From NCBI GenBank assembly GCA_026014465.1, contig JAOZID010000010.1, positions 838,303-902,302 on the forward strand: a stretch of DNA of 64,000 bases, read 5' to 3'. Each line of letters opens with the position of its first letter. Position 1 is the first letter of the stretch. The DNA is from Candidatus Bathyarchaeota archaeon. GTDB lineage: Archaea > Thermoproteota > Bathyarchaeia > Bathyarchaeales > Bathycorpusculaceae. Both the position numbers and the translations under genes were made by a program. The notes beneath the pieces were generated by a model. The model was not told where the DNA came from. It searched no databases and saw only the letters and a list, made by a program, of their open reading frames with translations. Below, in pieces: positions 9,499-19,597 of the stretch.

Positions 9499-10740
9499 TT
9501 ATTGGATGGTTTTGAACAAGGAAACGGTGGTTTTTTCTTGGGCGTCTATGAATTGTTGGTCAGCGGGAACTTCGACGTAGCCGTCAGCTTTTGCGAGCGT
9601 GGTTATGGCTCCTGACGCACCTGTTTCCACGGGGTCAGCTTGCCACCCTGACGCGGTTTGGGTTAAGCGTACCATAACAAAGGTTCGCCTGCCCTTAGCC
9701 GAAAACATGCGTTTGCCCGCGGTGGCTTGGATTGTTGCTCGTTCTTTGGGGTCTTTGCCCGCCATCATCTGAATCACGGGACCTGCAAACAAGTGGAAAG
9801 TTAGCAAGGCGGAGGTGGGGTGTCCAGGGAAGGAGAAGATGGGTTTTTCGCCTGCGAGTCCGACGGTTACGGGTTTGCCAGGTTTTAATGCGATTCCAGA
9901 AAAAAGCAGTCCAGGCTCGCCTAAAGAGTCCACGGTTGAGGGCACGATATCTTTGGGTCCAACAGAGACCCCGCCTGAGGTCACGACAACGTCAGCTGCG
10001 GCTAAGGCTTTTTTGAGGGCAGCGTGCAGTTTGGGTTTCTCGTCTGGAACCACGCCCCAATACAAAGGCAAGCCTCCGTGTTCTTTTACGGCGGTGCAGA
10101 TGCTGTAAGCGTTTATGTCATAAATTTTTCCGGGGGGCAGTTTTTTGGTGGTGGGGTCTACGACTTCTCCGCCTGTGGAGAGCACGGCAACTTTTGGGAG
10201 CTTGTAGACTTTGGCTTTAGCGTTTCCCAGCGCGGCTAAGACGCCGATTTCGCGTGAACCCAAGGTGGTTCCTGTTTTGAGGGTAAGTTCGTCTTTGTGT
10301 ATGTCGGCGCCTTTTTTGAGGATGTTCTCGTTTGGAGTGGTGCTGCGGTAGATGTTGACGACGTCGTTTTCTTTGTTTGTGTCTTCGACCATGACAACTG
10401 CGTCGGCGCCTTTGGGGATGGGGGCGCCTGTGACGATTTCGGCGGCTTCACCGTTCTTTACGGTTACGGGAGGGGGGGCGCCGATGTGTATCATGCCGCA
10501 GACTTTGAGTTTTACGGGCTCGTTTTCTTCTGCGCCGTAGGTTTCTTTGGCTTTTACTGCGTACCCGTCGACGGTTGAGCGGTTAAACGGAGGAATATCT
10601 AATTGGGCAACTACGTCAGCGGCTAAAACGCGTCCTGTTGCATCAAGCAAAGAAAGCGCTTCAACGCCTAGTGGCGCGACTTTGATTTTTTGGGCGACTA
10701 TATCCTTGGCTTCTTGGTAAGAGAGCAGTTTTCTAAACAT
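9499..10740 (-). CDS. moeA: molybdopterin molybdotransferase MoeA (paralog 2)
   Basis: STVDGYAV, PIPKGADAVVMVE, TSGGVSVGPKD motifs. I place the start at Met-15 (MFRKLL) so it abuts the upstream moeA stop. Confidence 0.88.
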   Translation of the reverse strand: MFRKLLSYQEAKDIVAQKIKVAPLGVEALSLLDATGRVLAADVVAQLDIPPFNRSTVDGYAVKAKETYGAEENEPVKLKVCGMIHIGAPPPVTVKNGEAAEIVTGAPIPKGADAVVMVEDTNKENDVVNIYRSTTPNENILKKGADIHKDELTLKTGTTLGSREIGVLAALGNAKAKVYKLPKVAVLSTGGEVVDPTTKKLPPGKIYDINAYSICTAVKEHGGLPLYWGVVPDEKPKLHAALKKALAAADVVVTSGGVSVGPKDIVPSTVDSLGEPGLLFSGIALKPGKPVTVGLAGEKPIFSFPGHPTSALLTFHLFAGPVIQMMAGKDPKERATIQATAGKRMFSAKGRRTFVMVRLTQTASGWQADPVETGASGAITTLAKADGYVEVPADQQFIDAQEKTTVSLFKTIQ

Positions 10741-10741
10741 G

Positions 10742-11992
10742 TTAACTCGCCACTTCTGCTTGGGCAAACATGTGCACCACAACCGATGCGCCTTCAGCTA
10801 TGCCCTCGCGGTTCTCAGGAACAATAACGTAGCCGTTCGCCCGCGTCATGGTGGATATGGCTCCTGAACCTCTAGCGCTGATGGTTTCGGCGTAGAATTC
10901 CTCGTTTTTCTGGGTAACTTTGACGCGAACAAAGTTTTTGCGTCCTAACGCCGTGGCAACTTTGCGTTTCATAACCGCCTTTATTACGGGGCGTTCTTCG
11001 GTTCGTTTTAGACCAAGCAGTTTGCAGATAAGCGGTCGGGCGAAGACTTCAAATGCGGTTATGGCGGCGACGGGGTTTCCGCTAAAAACCATGACGGGTT
11101 TGCCTTCTAAGACGGCAAGGGCGGTGGGCATGGCGGGGCGCATGGCTATGCCGTGGACTATGATGCCGGGTTCGCCGGTTTTGTTGACGGCTTCGGGGAC
11201 AAGGTCTAAGCCGCCTACGCTGGTGCCGCCTGTGGTTATGACGGCGTCGGCGATTTTAAGGGCGAGGTGGAGGTTTCGGACAATGTCGTCGGTGTTGTCG
11301 GGGGCTATGCCCAAATCTAGGGGTTCAGCGTCTAAGTCGCGGCACATGCCCGTTAAGATGATACGGTTGGTTTCGTAGACTTGTTTGTCACCGCGTTTAT
11401 CGCTTGTTTTTGCCAGTTCATTGCCCGTGGCTAAAATGGCGATTTTGGGGCGCTCCACCACGGATACCTCGGTGTTGCCAAGGGCGGCGAGCAAACCCAG
11501 ATGGTAAGCTTTTAGGCGGGTGCCTGCCTCTACGGCGACTTCGCCTTTTTTGAGGTCTTCGCCTTTGCGCGAAACATTGGCGTAGTTTGCAGCTTGGGCG
11601 GCGACTTCGATTTTCTCGCCTTTGGGCTGCGTGTATTCTATCATGACGACTGCGTTTGCGCCTTTGGGCAACGGATTGCCTGTCCAGACCTGTTTGGCTT
11701 GGCGGTGGTTGGGGTCATCGAGTTCGTCGCCTTGGGCTAAACGGAAAAGCAGCGGCTTAAACTGAGACGCCCCAGCAGTGTCCTCCGCGCGCACCGCATA
11801 GCCGTCAACAGCTGACCTGTCAAAACGCGGCAAATCCTCACTCGCAACCATATCCTTGGCAAGCACGCGGTTGTAAGCTTCAGTAAGAGGAATAGTCACT
11901 TCTCGACACGGCTTAAGCTCCAAAGCATCAAACCACTTCTGCAAAGCCTCATACGTGAAAGTCAATTTCTGGAATCCCCGCAGTTTACTCAA
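10742..11992 (-). CDS. moeA: molybdopterin molybdotransferase MoeA (paralog 1)
   Basis: SAVDGYAV, PLPKGANAVVMIE, TTGGTSVGGLD motifs; 416 aa. Confidence 0.88.
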   Translation of the reverse strand: MSKLRGFQKLTFTYEALQKWFDALELKPCREVTIPLTEAYNRVLAKDMVASEDLPRFDRSAVDGYAVRAEDTAGASQFKPLLFRLAQGDELDDPNHRQAKQVWTGNPLPKGANAVVMIEYTQPKGEKIEVAAQAANYANVSRKGEDLKKGEVAVEAGTRLKAYHLGLLAALGNTEVSVVERPKIAILATGNELAKTSDKRGDKQVYETNRIILTGMCRDLDAEPLDLGIAPDNTDDIVRNLHLALKIADAVITTGGTSVGGLDLVPEAVNKTGEPGIIVHGIAMRPAMPTALAVLEGKPVMVFSGNPVAAITAFEVFARPLICKLLGLKRTEERPVIKAVMKRKVATALGRKNFVRVKVTQKNEEFYAETISARGSGAISTMTRANGYVIVPENREGIAEGASVVVHMFAQAEVAS

Positions 11993-12315
11993 AACGGTTC
12001 ACACACAGCAATTGGCACGATAGGCATTAAAAAGTGTATCGAACACAGACCCAAACAAAACAGAACCCAAAAAACAAAACATCATCAACACCTCAAGCTT
12101 TAGCCGGCAACCACGAAACTAGACCCCCGCCCCCTATCGTTTCTGCATACAATTAAAAACAGCATCCAAATAGGTTGGTGAACGGCTGCGGCGTAGGCAT
12201 CTGTTTCTTTAGCTGCAGGTATCAGTGCCTTTTATGACAAGCGCAGTTAAGACTAAACGAAGTTGCTAAATAGAAATTGATAAAAAGATAAAACAAAGAA
12301 GAAAGGTTTGGTTGT

Positions 12316-12807
12316 TTAGACCATTCGTTTTACGAGGTCGTTGATTGCGTCGCCGCGGTAGCCTGCTTCGCCGCCAGCGTTGAATCCTTGTTTGGTTTTG
12401 CCTTTGTAGCCTTTCTTGGGGGGGTGGAGCCTGAAGATTTTTTGGTTTCCTTCAAGGTGGCTGTAGTCAACTTTGCAGTCTACGATTGCTTGGGCTAGTT
12501 CATCAAGGGTTTGGTAGCCGACTTTTTGTGCGTACTCGTCGGTTAGGGGTTTTCCGCCTTTTTGTTTTCCGCGTTGTTTGAGCATTGCAGCAACTGTTTC
12601 TTTGGTGGCTTCGCCCCATGTGAGGTAGCTTTGGGCTCTTTGGAGCATGCCTTTGTAGGCGGGGCGGTTGTCAATGATTACAGCGTGGTTTGTGTGGACT
12701 AAGTTTAGGTATTCTAAGGTTTCTCGGGCTTCGCGTTGTGCGCTGATGGTTCCGCGGATGCGAACGGCGACAAAGCATTTGCAGTTTTGTGTTTGTTGTT
12801 CAGACAT
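12316..12807 (-). CDS. rpl30: 50S ribosomal protein uL30
   Basis: FVAVRIRGTISAQREARETLEYLNL...; last gene of the cluster after uS5. Confidence 0.92.
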   Translation of the reverse strand: MSEQQTQNCKCFVAVRIRGTISAQREARETLEYLNLVHTNHAVIIDNRPAYKGMLQRAQSYLTWGEATKETVAAMLKQRGKQKGGKPLTDEYAQKVGYQTLDELAQAIVDCKVDYSHLEGNQKIFRLHPPKKGYKGKTKQGFNAGGEAGYRGDAINDLVKRMV

Positions 12808-12808
12808 T

Positions 12809-13459
12809 TTAGCTCACCCAATCCTTTGGAGTAATCAAACCGTAGGTCTTCTTTAGTGCATCGAAGGTAGCGTAAGCAAAGGAGGGAACTGTTCGTGTCG
12901 AGCCGTAGGTGCGTGTCCACAGGTCTTTGACTCCGGCTAAGCCCAGGATGACTTTGCCGACTTCGCCAGTGACCAAGCCTAAGCCTCTTGGACCAGGAAC
13001 TATAACAACGCGGACGCTGCCACATTTGCCTTCCACCTGGAAAGGAACAGAGTGACCACGACCACAACCGCACTCCCAACTACCGCAGCCACGTTTAATG
13101 GGAACAATGTTTAAGCGTGCGTCAGCAGCGGCTTTTTCAATAGCGTTACGAACTTGACCAGCTTTTCCAGAACCCAAACCAACATAACCATCCCTGTTAC
13201 CCACACAGACAATGGCTTTGAAACGGCTTTTTTCGCCTGCGTCAGTTTGTTTCTGAACCAAGTTAATGTTTATGACTTCTTCTTGCAGTTCAGGAAGCAA
13301 AGCATCCACTATTTGGGGTTCAGAAATCTTTAACCCGTTTAGGAAAACATCATCCAACGAAGTGATTTTGCCTTCCTGAATCATTTTGCCCAAACGTGTT
13401 TTAGGAACCCACTCTTCCAAGTTTGTCCTTGGGCGGTCTCTTGATCTTTGTCTTGACAT
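12809..13459 (-). CDS. rps5: 30S ribosomal protein uS5
   Basis: KAIVCVGNRDGYVGLGSGKAGQVRNAIEKA...GSVRVVIVPGPRGLGLV. Confidence 0.95.
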   Translation of the reverse strand: MSRQRSRDRPRTNLEEWVPKTRLGKMIQEGKITSLDDVFLNGLKISEPQIVDALLPELQEEVININLVQKQTDAGEKSRFKAIVCVGNRDGYVGLGSGKAGQVRNAIEKAAADARLNIVPIKRGCGSWECGCGRGHSVPFQVEGKCGSVRVVIVPGPRGLGLVTGEVGKVILGLAGVKDLWTRTYGSTRTVPSFAYATFDALKKTYGLITPKDWVS

Positions 13460-14184
13460 TATGCTTTCTTACCACCTTTAGGTTTCTCTGCGGGCTTATC
13501 AGCCTTCGCTTTGGCTTTGGCAGGTGCCTTGGCTTTAGCGGGGGCTTTAGCCTTCTTTGGTTTTGACTCTTTTACTTTTGCTTCGGCGTTGAACGTTTTT
13601 AGGATGTCTGCTTTGACTTGCTCGAAGTGTTCGCTGGTCTTTGCGGGTGCAAGACCTTTTTTTATGGAAGCAGAGAATTTGGGTGCGTATTCTTCAGCTT
13701 CGCCTAGGGTCTGTGCGTATTCTACAATGTGTTCTCCAGCGCAACGTTCCTCAACGATTTTTTCGTCATCATGGGGAACTTCAACACCAGCGTCCACAAC
13801 GCCGCTCATAGCAGCGAAGACTTTGGAGCCCTTCGTTGGTGAAACCAGACCCAAATCCAAGATTGCGTTTTCAACGCTTTTAGCTTTAGCTTTCAAGCCG
13901 CATAGTAGCCCTGTTAGATACGCCGCGGGGATGTTTCCAGTTGCAGCTTTCCAGCCATAAGAGTTGACTAACTCGCGGCTGTGCGCGGAAGCCAAAACTT
14001 CATCGCCATGAGCCTTGGCAACTACGATTTGCACGACAGTGTTTTTCAAGCTGCTACGGGTAACCAAACGAGGTTTTCCTGAAACCACGAAGGCTTTGCG
14101 TGCCTGATAATCAGTTTTCTGTTCACGACGCCTGCGCAGTTGAACTCTATAACGGGAACTCTTTGCCATTAACGTTTCCTCCAC
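13459..14184 (-). CDS. rpl18: 50S ribosomal protein uL18 with K/A/P-rich C-terminal tail
   Basis: RRRREQKTDYQARKAFV...PRLVTRSSLKNTVVQIV core. Tail is KAKAPAKAKAPAKAKAKADKPAEKPKGGKKA. Confidence 0.93.
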   Translation of the reverse strand: MEETLMAKSSRYRVQLRRRREQKTDYQARKAFVVSGKPRLVTRSSLKNTVVQIVVAKAHGDEVLASAHSRELVNSYGWKAATGNIPAAYLTGLLCGLKAKAKSVENAILDLGLVSPTKGSKVFAAMSGVVDAGVEVPHDDEKIVEERCAGEHIVEYAQTLGEAEEYAPKFSASIKKGLAPAKTSEHFEQVKADILKTFNAEAKVKESKPKKAKAPAKAKAPAKAKAKADKPAEKPKGGKKA

Positions 14185-14624
14185 ATTTCATGAGTTTTTG
14201 CGAACCGTTCCATTTCAGCAATTGACGCGAATCGTCCACTGCCAGCCATCAAATACAACTGTCGATAGTTGTGTTCTGTGACGGTACGGTTTGCCTTGAG
14301 CATTCTTAGTCTTCGGCGTAAAGCACGAATCCGAAGCATCCAAGCCGCCTTCTTTGATACAACCGCGCGAGGACCAGCACTCTTGCTGCCAGGACCCTTA
14401 CGGCGACCTTTGCGTTTCTTAGCGGCAATAACCTTAGCGCGTCCACGGCTAACGCCTTTCTCAGGCAAAGTAACAATAACTTTTTCGTGAACTAGCCTGC
14501 GGATTTCTTCGCGTGTAATTGCAGATTCCACATCGCCAACCCGTGCAGGGTCAATCCAGACGCGGTTTCTGCCGACCTTTAGTATCTGTGAGGCTAAACG
14601 CCGTTGATTAGTAAGATTGGTCAT
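14169..14624 (-). CDS. rpl19e: 50S ribosomal protein eL19
   Basis: [23 protein letters not shown]..., archaeal/eukaryotic L19e N-terminus. Confidence 0.93.
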   Translation of the reverse strand: MTNLTNQRRLASQILKVGRNRVWIDPARVGDVESAITREEIRRLVHEKVIVTLPEKGVSRGRAKVIAAKKRKGRRKGPGSKSAGPRAVVSKKAAWMLRIRALRRRLRMLKANRTVTEHNYRQLYLMAGSGRFASIAEMERFAKTHEMWRKR

Positions 14625-15274
14625 TGTTTCTTAGCTCCCTTGGCTTTCTTTTTGGGTTCAGCCTTCTTCTTGGGCTTGGCCTCTTTTGCGGTTTTCGGCT
14701 TGGGTTTCTTTTCGGCTTTCTTTTTGTCGTCGGCTTTGGGTTTTTTCTCTTCAGCCTTTGGCTTCTTCTCAGCAGCTTTAGGTTTCTTCTCTTCAGCCTT
14801 CTTCGGAGCAGGTTTCTTTGTGTCTTTGGTTTCTTCTTCAGCTTCTGCTTCTTCGTCTTCGATGAGAGCTTCTTTTACTTCTTGGGCGTTTAGGATTTTG
14901 ATGTTAAGTTTGCGGGCTTCAGCGATTATGTCTACGCGTTTTCGTTTACCCACGGTGTGAGCGATCCTTGCTGCTTGGGTTTCAGGGTTAACAGCTACGA
15001 CTTCGGCGACGTTGTTAACCAAGACTTCTTCGTAGCCAGAAGGATGCAAACCGCGAACGATTTTTGCGCCTTTGTAGCCGCTGCTTGGACCTGGGGGCCA
15101 GCCTTTGATTTTGCGGCGGATTTTGTTGTCCAAGCCACGGGGTCGCCTCCAGCTTTCGCTGAACTTGTCATAGCGCCAGCTTTCAGGACGAACAAAAGCA
15201 GGTTTCTTAGCTTTAGCCCGTGCGCGAACTCGCAGCGCATTTTGCAGTGATGGAGAATCTTTCTTGTCGGTCAT
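14621..15274 (-). CDS. rpl32e: 50S ribosomal protein eL32 with ~85-aa E/K/P/A-rich C-terminal tail
   Basis: [31 protein letters not shown]...[10 protein letters not shown] core followed by [10 protein letters not shown]...[25 protein letters not shown]. Confidence 0.93.
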   Translation of the reverse strand: MTDKKDSPSLQNALRVRARAKAKKPAFVRPESWRYDKFSESWRRPRGLDNKIRRKIKGWPPGPSSGYKGAKIVRGLHPSGYEEVLVNNVAEVVAVNPETQAARIAHTVGKRKRVDIIAEARKLNIKILNAQEVKEALIEDEEAEAEEETKDTKKPAPKKAEEKKPKAAEKKPKAEEKKPKADDKKKAEKKPKPKTAKEAKPKKKAEPKKKAKGAKKQ

Positions 15275-15275
15275 T

Positions 15276-15830
15276 TTAGTCCATTCCCTCGTTTCGTTCG
15301 TATACGTATATGCCGTCTAGGAAAACACGAGGATCCTTGTTTGTCACTTTCGTAACCATTTCGATATTTGCAGCTGTTTGGCTGACATCTTCTAGGGCTA
15401 TGCCTTTGATGATGATGTCCTCGGGCTCTAGGGTGACTTTGACGTCGCCTAAGATTTTGGCTTTGCGGGCGCGGCGTTCACCAGTAAAGTTTTCGACCAA
15501 GACAGCGCGGTCTTTGAGTTTCACGGTTATGGGGAAGTGGGAGAACACGATTTTGAGTTTGTATGTGAAACCTTTGGTGACGCCAGTTATCATGTTGTTT
15601 ATGTGAGAGTTAACAGTGCCCACCATGGCGGCTTCTTTTTTGCGGGGCCACTCAGCCCATATCTTTACGGTTTTGCCGTCAGCATTAAGGGAAACAGGAG
15701 CAAACGAAAAATCCCTAAACAAGGTTCCTTTCTCACCTTTAACGGTGACTTTACCCCCATCTAGGGTTAACTCTACATTATCGGGGACTTCAATTATTCG
15801 AGAGACTTCTGGCAGTCGCATTTCAAGCAC
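15276..15830 (-). CDS. rpl6: 50S ribosomal protein uL6
   Basis: [23 protein letters not shown]...; operon position. Confidence 0.93.
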   Translation of the reverse strand: MLEMRLPEVSRIIEVPDNVELTLDGGKVTVKGEKGTLFRDFSFAPVSLNADGKTVKIWAEWPRKKEAAMVGTVNSHINNMITGVTKGFTYKLKIVFSHFPITVKLKDRAVLVENFTGERRARKAKILGDVKVTLEPEDIIIKGIALEDVSQTAANIEMVTKVTNKDPRVFLDGIYVYERNEGMD

Positions 15831-15848
15831 CTTAATCTTTCTTTTTTA

Positions 15849-16232
15849 TTAATACACGAAGGCTAGTAGCCTGCCTCCGGAATTCTTTTCTTCAGCGTCC
15901 CTGTGAGAAATAACGCCCGTGGAGGTGGAAACCACCATGATGCCGACGTTTCGGGAAGGCAGGAATTTCTTCTCCCAATCCTCAAACTCGCCGACTTTGA
16001 CGGAGAAACGGGGTTTCACAGAACCGCATTTGTTGATTCTGCCCATTAACTGGACTTTGAATTTGCCTTGGCGGCCGTCATCGATGAATTCGAATTCGCC
16101 GATGTAGCCGTTTAACTGCATAATACGCAGCACTCGACCTAAAAGTTTAGAGGCAGGGCTAATTACGCATTCGCGTTTGTTACGCATCTCGTTGTTGATT
16201 ATGGTCGTCAAACCATTGGTTAAAGTATCCAT
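15849..16232 (-). CDS. rps8: 30S ribosomal protein uS8
   Basis: DTLTNGLTTIINNEMRNKRECVI...GYIGEFEFIDDGRQGKFKVQL. Confidence 0.93.
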   Translation of the reverse strand: MDTLTNGLTTIINNEMRNKRECVISPASKLLGRVLRIMQLNGYIGEFEFIDDGRQGKFKVQLMGRINKCGSVKPRFSVKVGEFEDWEKKFLPSRNVGIMVVSTSTGVISHRDAEEKNSGGRLLAFVY

Positions 16233-16246
16233 ACTCTTTTGCCTCG

Positions 16247-16411
16247 TTACTCATATTTTTTAAAGCCAAGTTTAGGCGCGGCTTCTCTAAAACAATGCCT
16301 ACACAAATATAAATCGTAGCGTCGAATGACAGGACCATAAGATCCACATCGTTGACAAGGCCGTGCACCTTTGCCGTATTTACGCTCTTTCTTTAATTGT
16401 TGTTTTCCCAT
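16247..16411 (-). CDS. rps14: 30S ribosomal protein uS14 (zinc-ribbon type), 54 aa
   Basis: Below the ORF-track size cutoff. My translation gives [54 protein letters not shown] with CxxC...CxxC. Sits exactly between uL5 and uS8 as expected. Confidence 0.92.
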   Translation of the reverse strand: MGKQQLKKERKYGKGARPCQRCGSYGPVIRRYDLYLCRHCFREAAPKLGFKKYE

Positions 16412-16426
16412 GCAATCTCCTCTGTT

Positions 16427-16978
16427 TTAGACGATTTCCGCTCCTATAGTTTCTTTTATGAACAAAACCGACTCCGCGGGTGTAAGAACATGTTTGTGTC
16501 CAACTTTGGCTTTGCGTCTTCGGCGGTCGCGCACACGGTCACCGGGACGATTCACGGTAACACAGACGTCCATGCCAAAGATACCAATGTTAGGGTCATA
16601 TTTTACGCCAGGTATTTCGATGTGCTCTTTTAGGCCAAAGGCAAAGTTGCCGCGTTCGTCAAAGCTTTTGCGCGAGATTCTGTTTTCTACTACGGGCAAC
16701 ACTTTTTTGAGGAAGTCTATGGCGGCTTGCCTGCGCAGTGTGACAACGCATGCGATGGGTTCGCCTTGACGTATGCCAAAGTCGCGTATGGACATTTTGG
16801 CGTTTTTCTTGACGGGTTTTTGACCTGTGATTTCGTTTAGCACGCGAAAAGCTTTGTCAAGAGGCTCTCCTGATTTGCCTACGTTGAGGTTGACGACTAC
16901 TTTTTCGATGCGGGGCTGGAGCATTGGTTGCTCTTTCCATTTCTTGAAGACGGCTTCTGTCTCAGACAACTGGCGCAA
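16427..16978 (-). CDS. rpl5: 50S ribosomal protein uL5
   Basis: RIEKVVVNLNVGKSGE...; FGMDVCVTV block; operon position. Confidence 0.92.
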   Translation of the reverse strand: MRQLSETEAVFKKWKEQPMLQPRIEKVVVNLNVGKSGEPLDKAFRVLNEITGQKPVKKNAKMSIRDFGIRQGEPIACVVTLRRQAAIDFLKKVLPVVENRISRKSFDERGNFAFGLKEHIEIPGVKYDPNIGIFGMDVCVTVNRPGDRVRDRRRRKAKVGHKHVLTPAESVLFIKETIGAEIV

Positions 16979-17804
16979 CCTCCTCTGCGGTTTCTTCTGG
17001 GGCGGTCTCCGCTGGCGCTGCTTCAGGTTCAGGCTCTGGTTGAGCGGGTTCTGGAGCAGGTGCTGGCGCGGTTAGGGGCTGTGAACCCTCCAAAGAGAAC
17101 ACGAAGTCAAGAATTGTCTGGTAACGCGCGCCCTTTTCATCCTCGACAATTACGAGAGCGTTTCGGCGTTTCTTGGCTTCGGCTTTTTCAATCTCTACGA
17201 TTTTGCCGCGTACGCCAATGTTTTTTCCGCCAGTGATTATGGCTGAGTTACCTTCCTTTAGAGATAGGCAGCCGACGATTTCTTTGGATGGAACAGATAG
17301 TTTGAGCATGTCAAAGGTTTGGTAGATGTCTTCGCGTGGGTTTTTGGAGTCAGCAACTTTGATTGTTAGGTTGGTTCCGTCGTGGAAGTTTAGTTGTATG
17401 CCGCTGGGGGTGGTTTTTTTGCCTTCTATGCGGCAGAGTTTAAAGTTGCTTTCGTCTTTGCCGATGGATTCAAGGAATAAGCCTTTGTGATTGGGCATTA
17501 TACGGTAGTATTTGCCTGCGTCAGGCATGGAAATTACGTCCATTAAGCCTACGGGGAACTCGTCGTCGCGTCGGGTTTTGCCGTCAACAAGCACTTTGCC
17601 TTGTGAAATTGCTTTTTTGGCTTCTTTTCGGTTTTCTGCTACTTTTAGTATGTCACGGAGAACAAGCGCAAGAGGCAAACAACCGTGCAGGCTGTGAGGG
17701 CCAGACGAGGGTTTAATTGTCCAAAGTGCCTCTTTCTTGTGAATTGGCCAAAACTTTGGTGCGGGTTTGCGCTTTAGCCGTGCTGTTTTTCCATTTTTAC
17801 CCAT
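16962..17804 (-). CDS. rps4e: 30S ribosomal protein eS4 with P/E/A-rich acidic C-terminal tail
   Basis: MGKNGKTARLKRKPAPKFWPIHKKE...SGPHSLHGCLPLALVLRD core. Tail is PAPAPEPAQPEPEPEAAPAETAPEETAEEVAPVV. Confidence 0.93.
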   Translation of the reverse strand: MGKNGKTARLKRKPAPKFWPIHKKEALWTIKPSSGPHSLHGCLPLALVLRDILKVAENRKEAKKAISQGKVLVDGKTRRDDEFPVGLMDVISMPDAGKYYRIMPNHKGLFLESIGKDESNFKLCRIEGKKTTPSGIQLNFHDGTNLTIKVADSKNPREDIYQTFDMLKLSVPSKEIVGCLSLKEGNSAIITGGKNIGVRGKIVEIEKAEAKKRRNALVIVEDEKGARYQTILDFVFSLEGSQPLTAPAPAPEPAQPEPEPEAAPAETAPEETAEEVAPVV

Positions 17805-18296
17805 TTATTTTCCTCCTTCAGCTTTGGAAGCTTTGCGTTTGGGTGCAGGCTTCTTTTCAACTGGCTTTTTTGCTTCAGGCTTTTTCTTTGAAACAGGAGT
17901 TGTTTCCTTTTTCAATATTGGCTTTTTGCGTTCCAATATAGCCTTTCGGCGTTTATCGTCCAGAGTCAGGTTTTTAATCATGATCTTTGAAGGATGCAAC
18001 GCTACGAACACGGTGTTTCCGTCAACTTTCTCTCGGGTCAAGCCTTCAAGGAATACGCGGTAGTGTTTCATGTCGATAGTGGAGACTTTGCCTTCAAAGC
18101 CTTTGTTGTCTCCGCGCGTTACACGAACGGTATCGCCCTTGCGAACTGGAAGAGCTTTAACGCCGTTCTTAGCCAAAAGCTCAGGCGACAACGGAGCAGT
18201 CATTAGCTTATGGCGCAAATGAGCAGGCGCATTATAAAGCATCTTTCGCTGCTTCCGAGGATTTTTTACTGGTTTTGTTGACTGCATAACTTTCAC
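17805..18296 (-). CDS. rpl24: 50S ribosomal protein uL24 with K-rich C-terminal tail
   Basis: LPVRKGDTVRVTRGDNKGFEGKV KOW motif. Tail is KKETTPVSKKKPEAKKPVEKKPAPKRKASKAEGGK. Confidence 0.92.
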   Translation of the reverse strand: MKVMQSTKPVKNPRKQRKMLYNAPAHLRHKLMTAPLSPELLAKNGVKALPVRKGDTVRVTRGDNKGFEGKVSTIDMKHYRVFLEGLTREKVDGNTVFVALHPSKIMIKNLTLDDKRRKAILERKKPILKKETTPVSKKKPEAKKPVEKKPAPKRKASKAEGGK

Positions 18297-18737
18297 CTAC
18301 ACTATTATACTAGAGGCGCTTGCAACTCGGGGCCATCTTTCAGCTGCCTCTCTTGCTACTGGCCCGCGGATTTCTGAACCTTTCATTTCACCGTCAGGGG
18401 TGATGATAACTGCTGCGTTTTCTTCGAACTGCACCCATACGCCGTCGATGCGTCTGAAAGGGCGTCTTTGGCGTACGATGACTGCTTGGAAGATTTTCTT
18501 TTTCAGGTCAGGAGCGCCTTGCCTTACTGAGACGGTGACTTTGTCGCCGACTGCAGCTGAGGGGTAACGGCGTAGCCTGCCTTTGTAGCCCAGGCTCTGG
18601 ATTAGTCTGAGTTTGCGTGCACCAGTGTTGTCGGCGCATTTGAGGATTGAGCCCGCAACTAGTCCACGCGAGATTTTCTGTCCGTGTCCAAGCATGCCTT
18701 TTGCGACTAGGGCTCTTTGTTTCGCTTTAGCAGCCAT
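18297..18737 (-). CDS. rpl14: 50S ribosomal protein uL14
   Basis: ILKCADNTGARKLRLIQ...AVIVRQRRPFRR...FEENAAVII. Confidence 0.95.
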   Translation of the reverse strand: MAAKAKQRALVAKGMLGHGQKISRGLVAGSILKCADNTGARKLRLIQSLGYKGRLRRYPSAAVGDKVTVSVRQGAPDLKKKIFQAVIVRQRRPFRRIDGVWVQFEENAAVIITPDGEMKGSEIRGPVAREAAERWPRVASASSIIV

Positions 18738-18738
18738 T

Positions 18739-19062
18739 TTACTTCTCCTCCATCTTTTCGACTACAACAAAGGAAACGGTCTTGCTAATTGGGCGGCACT
18801 CAGCAATTTTTACGCGGTCGCCTTCTTTAGCGTCAATGCATGGGGGGTTGTGTGAGGGAATATTGCTTCGTCTGCGTTCGTACCGCACATATTTGGTTGA
18901 GAACTGCAGGTACTCACGTTCAACGATAACAGTTTTGTCCATCTTTGAAGTGGCAACAACACCATCCAATACGCGACCTCTAACGGGGAGGGTTCCGTGG
19001 AAGGGACAGTTTTTGTCGTCACATGTTTTTTTGGGTTTCTTGAAAGTCAGAGACATTACCAT
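18739..19062 (-). CDS. rps17: 30S ribosomal protein uS17
   Basis: [23 protein letters not shown]...[22 protein letters not shown]. Confidence 0.93.
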   Translation of the reverse strand: MVMSLTFKKPKKTCDDKNCPFHGTLPVRGRVLDGVVATSKMDKTVIVEREYLQFSTKYVRYERRRSNIPSHNPPCIDAKEGDRVKIAECRPISKTVSFVVVEKMEEK

Positions 19063-19337
19063 AACCTCTTTACGGTTTTTTTGAGGCGGTCTTCAGGTTT
19101 TCCCACGAGAAGTTTGCCGTCGACTTGAACGGCGGTTCCGTCGGAAAATTGAAACGTGAAAACTGCTGATTCTTTAACTATGCTTTTGGCTTTGCCTTCG
19201 TGTTGAAGGGTGAAGGTGTTTCGGGTTTCATCCATGACCATGCCGTTTATGCCTACGTAGCCAGCGTGGCAGCTGCTGGTGACTTTGCCGTGGGTGCCTA
19301 TGAATTCTTCACGGACGATGTCAGGAGTTACTTTCAT
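19056..19337 (-). CDS. rnp1: RNase P protein component 1 (Rpp29/Pop4)
   Basis: 93 aa, [32 protein letters not shown] pattern. Canonical archaeal position between uL29 and uS17. Confidence 0.85.
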   Translation of the reverse strand: MKVTPDIVREEFIGTHGKVTSSCHAGYVGINGMVMDETRNTFTLQHEGKAKSIVKESAVFTFQFSDGTAVQVDGKLLVGKPEDRLKKTVKRLW

Positions 19338-19597
19338 TTGGATTTACTTCCTTTGCCTTTTTTGGGGGATGCCGCCTTGCCGTCAGCGCTGCGGATGCCA
19401 AGTTTGTACTCGTTCTCCACAGTCAATAACTGTGCAATGGTCTTACGAATCACCCAAACCCTACTGGGGTTCTCAATAGCACCACCCGCACTAATCAAGG
19501 TTCTTATACGAGACAACTCTGCCCGCAATTCCCCAAGTTTCTTAGCACGGTCAGCTGAAGACATCTTGTCAATATCTTTTAGACGCAAAAGCACCAT
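19334..19597 (-). CDS. rpl29: 50S ribosomal protein uL29 with short basic tail
   Basis: ELRAELSRIRTLISAGGAIENPSRVWVIRKTIAQLLTV; operon position. Confidence 0.9.
   Translation of the reverse strand: MVLLRLKDIDKMSSADRAKKLGELRAELSRIRTLISAGGAIENPSRVWVIRKTIAQLLTVENEYKLGIRSADGKAASPKKGKGSKSK

Noticed and set aside
9499-11992. Tandem moeA genes as a novelty
   Set aside because: Duplicated MoeA paralogs are common in archaea. Both look intact and ordinary.
14604-14960. Plus-strand ORFs 14604..14960 and 14624..14893
   Set aside because: Shadow ORFs of the K/E/P-rich eL32 tail; F/L/G-rich, with no start context.
16180-16368. 62-aa minus-strand ORF in the track
   Set aside because: Wrong frame across the uS14 gene and the uS8 start. 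The uS14 frame gives a textbook zinc-ribbon protein.
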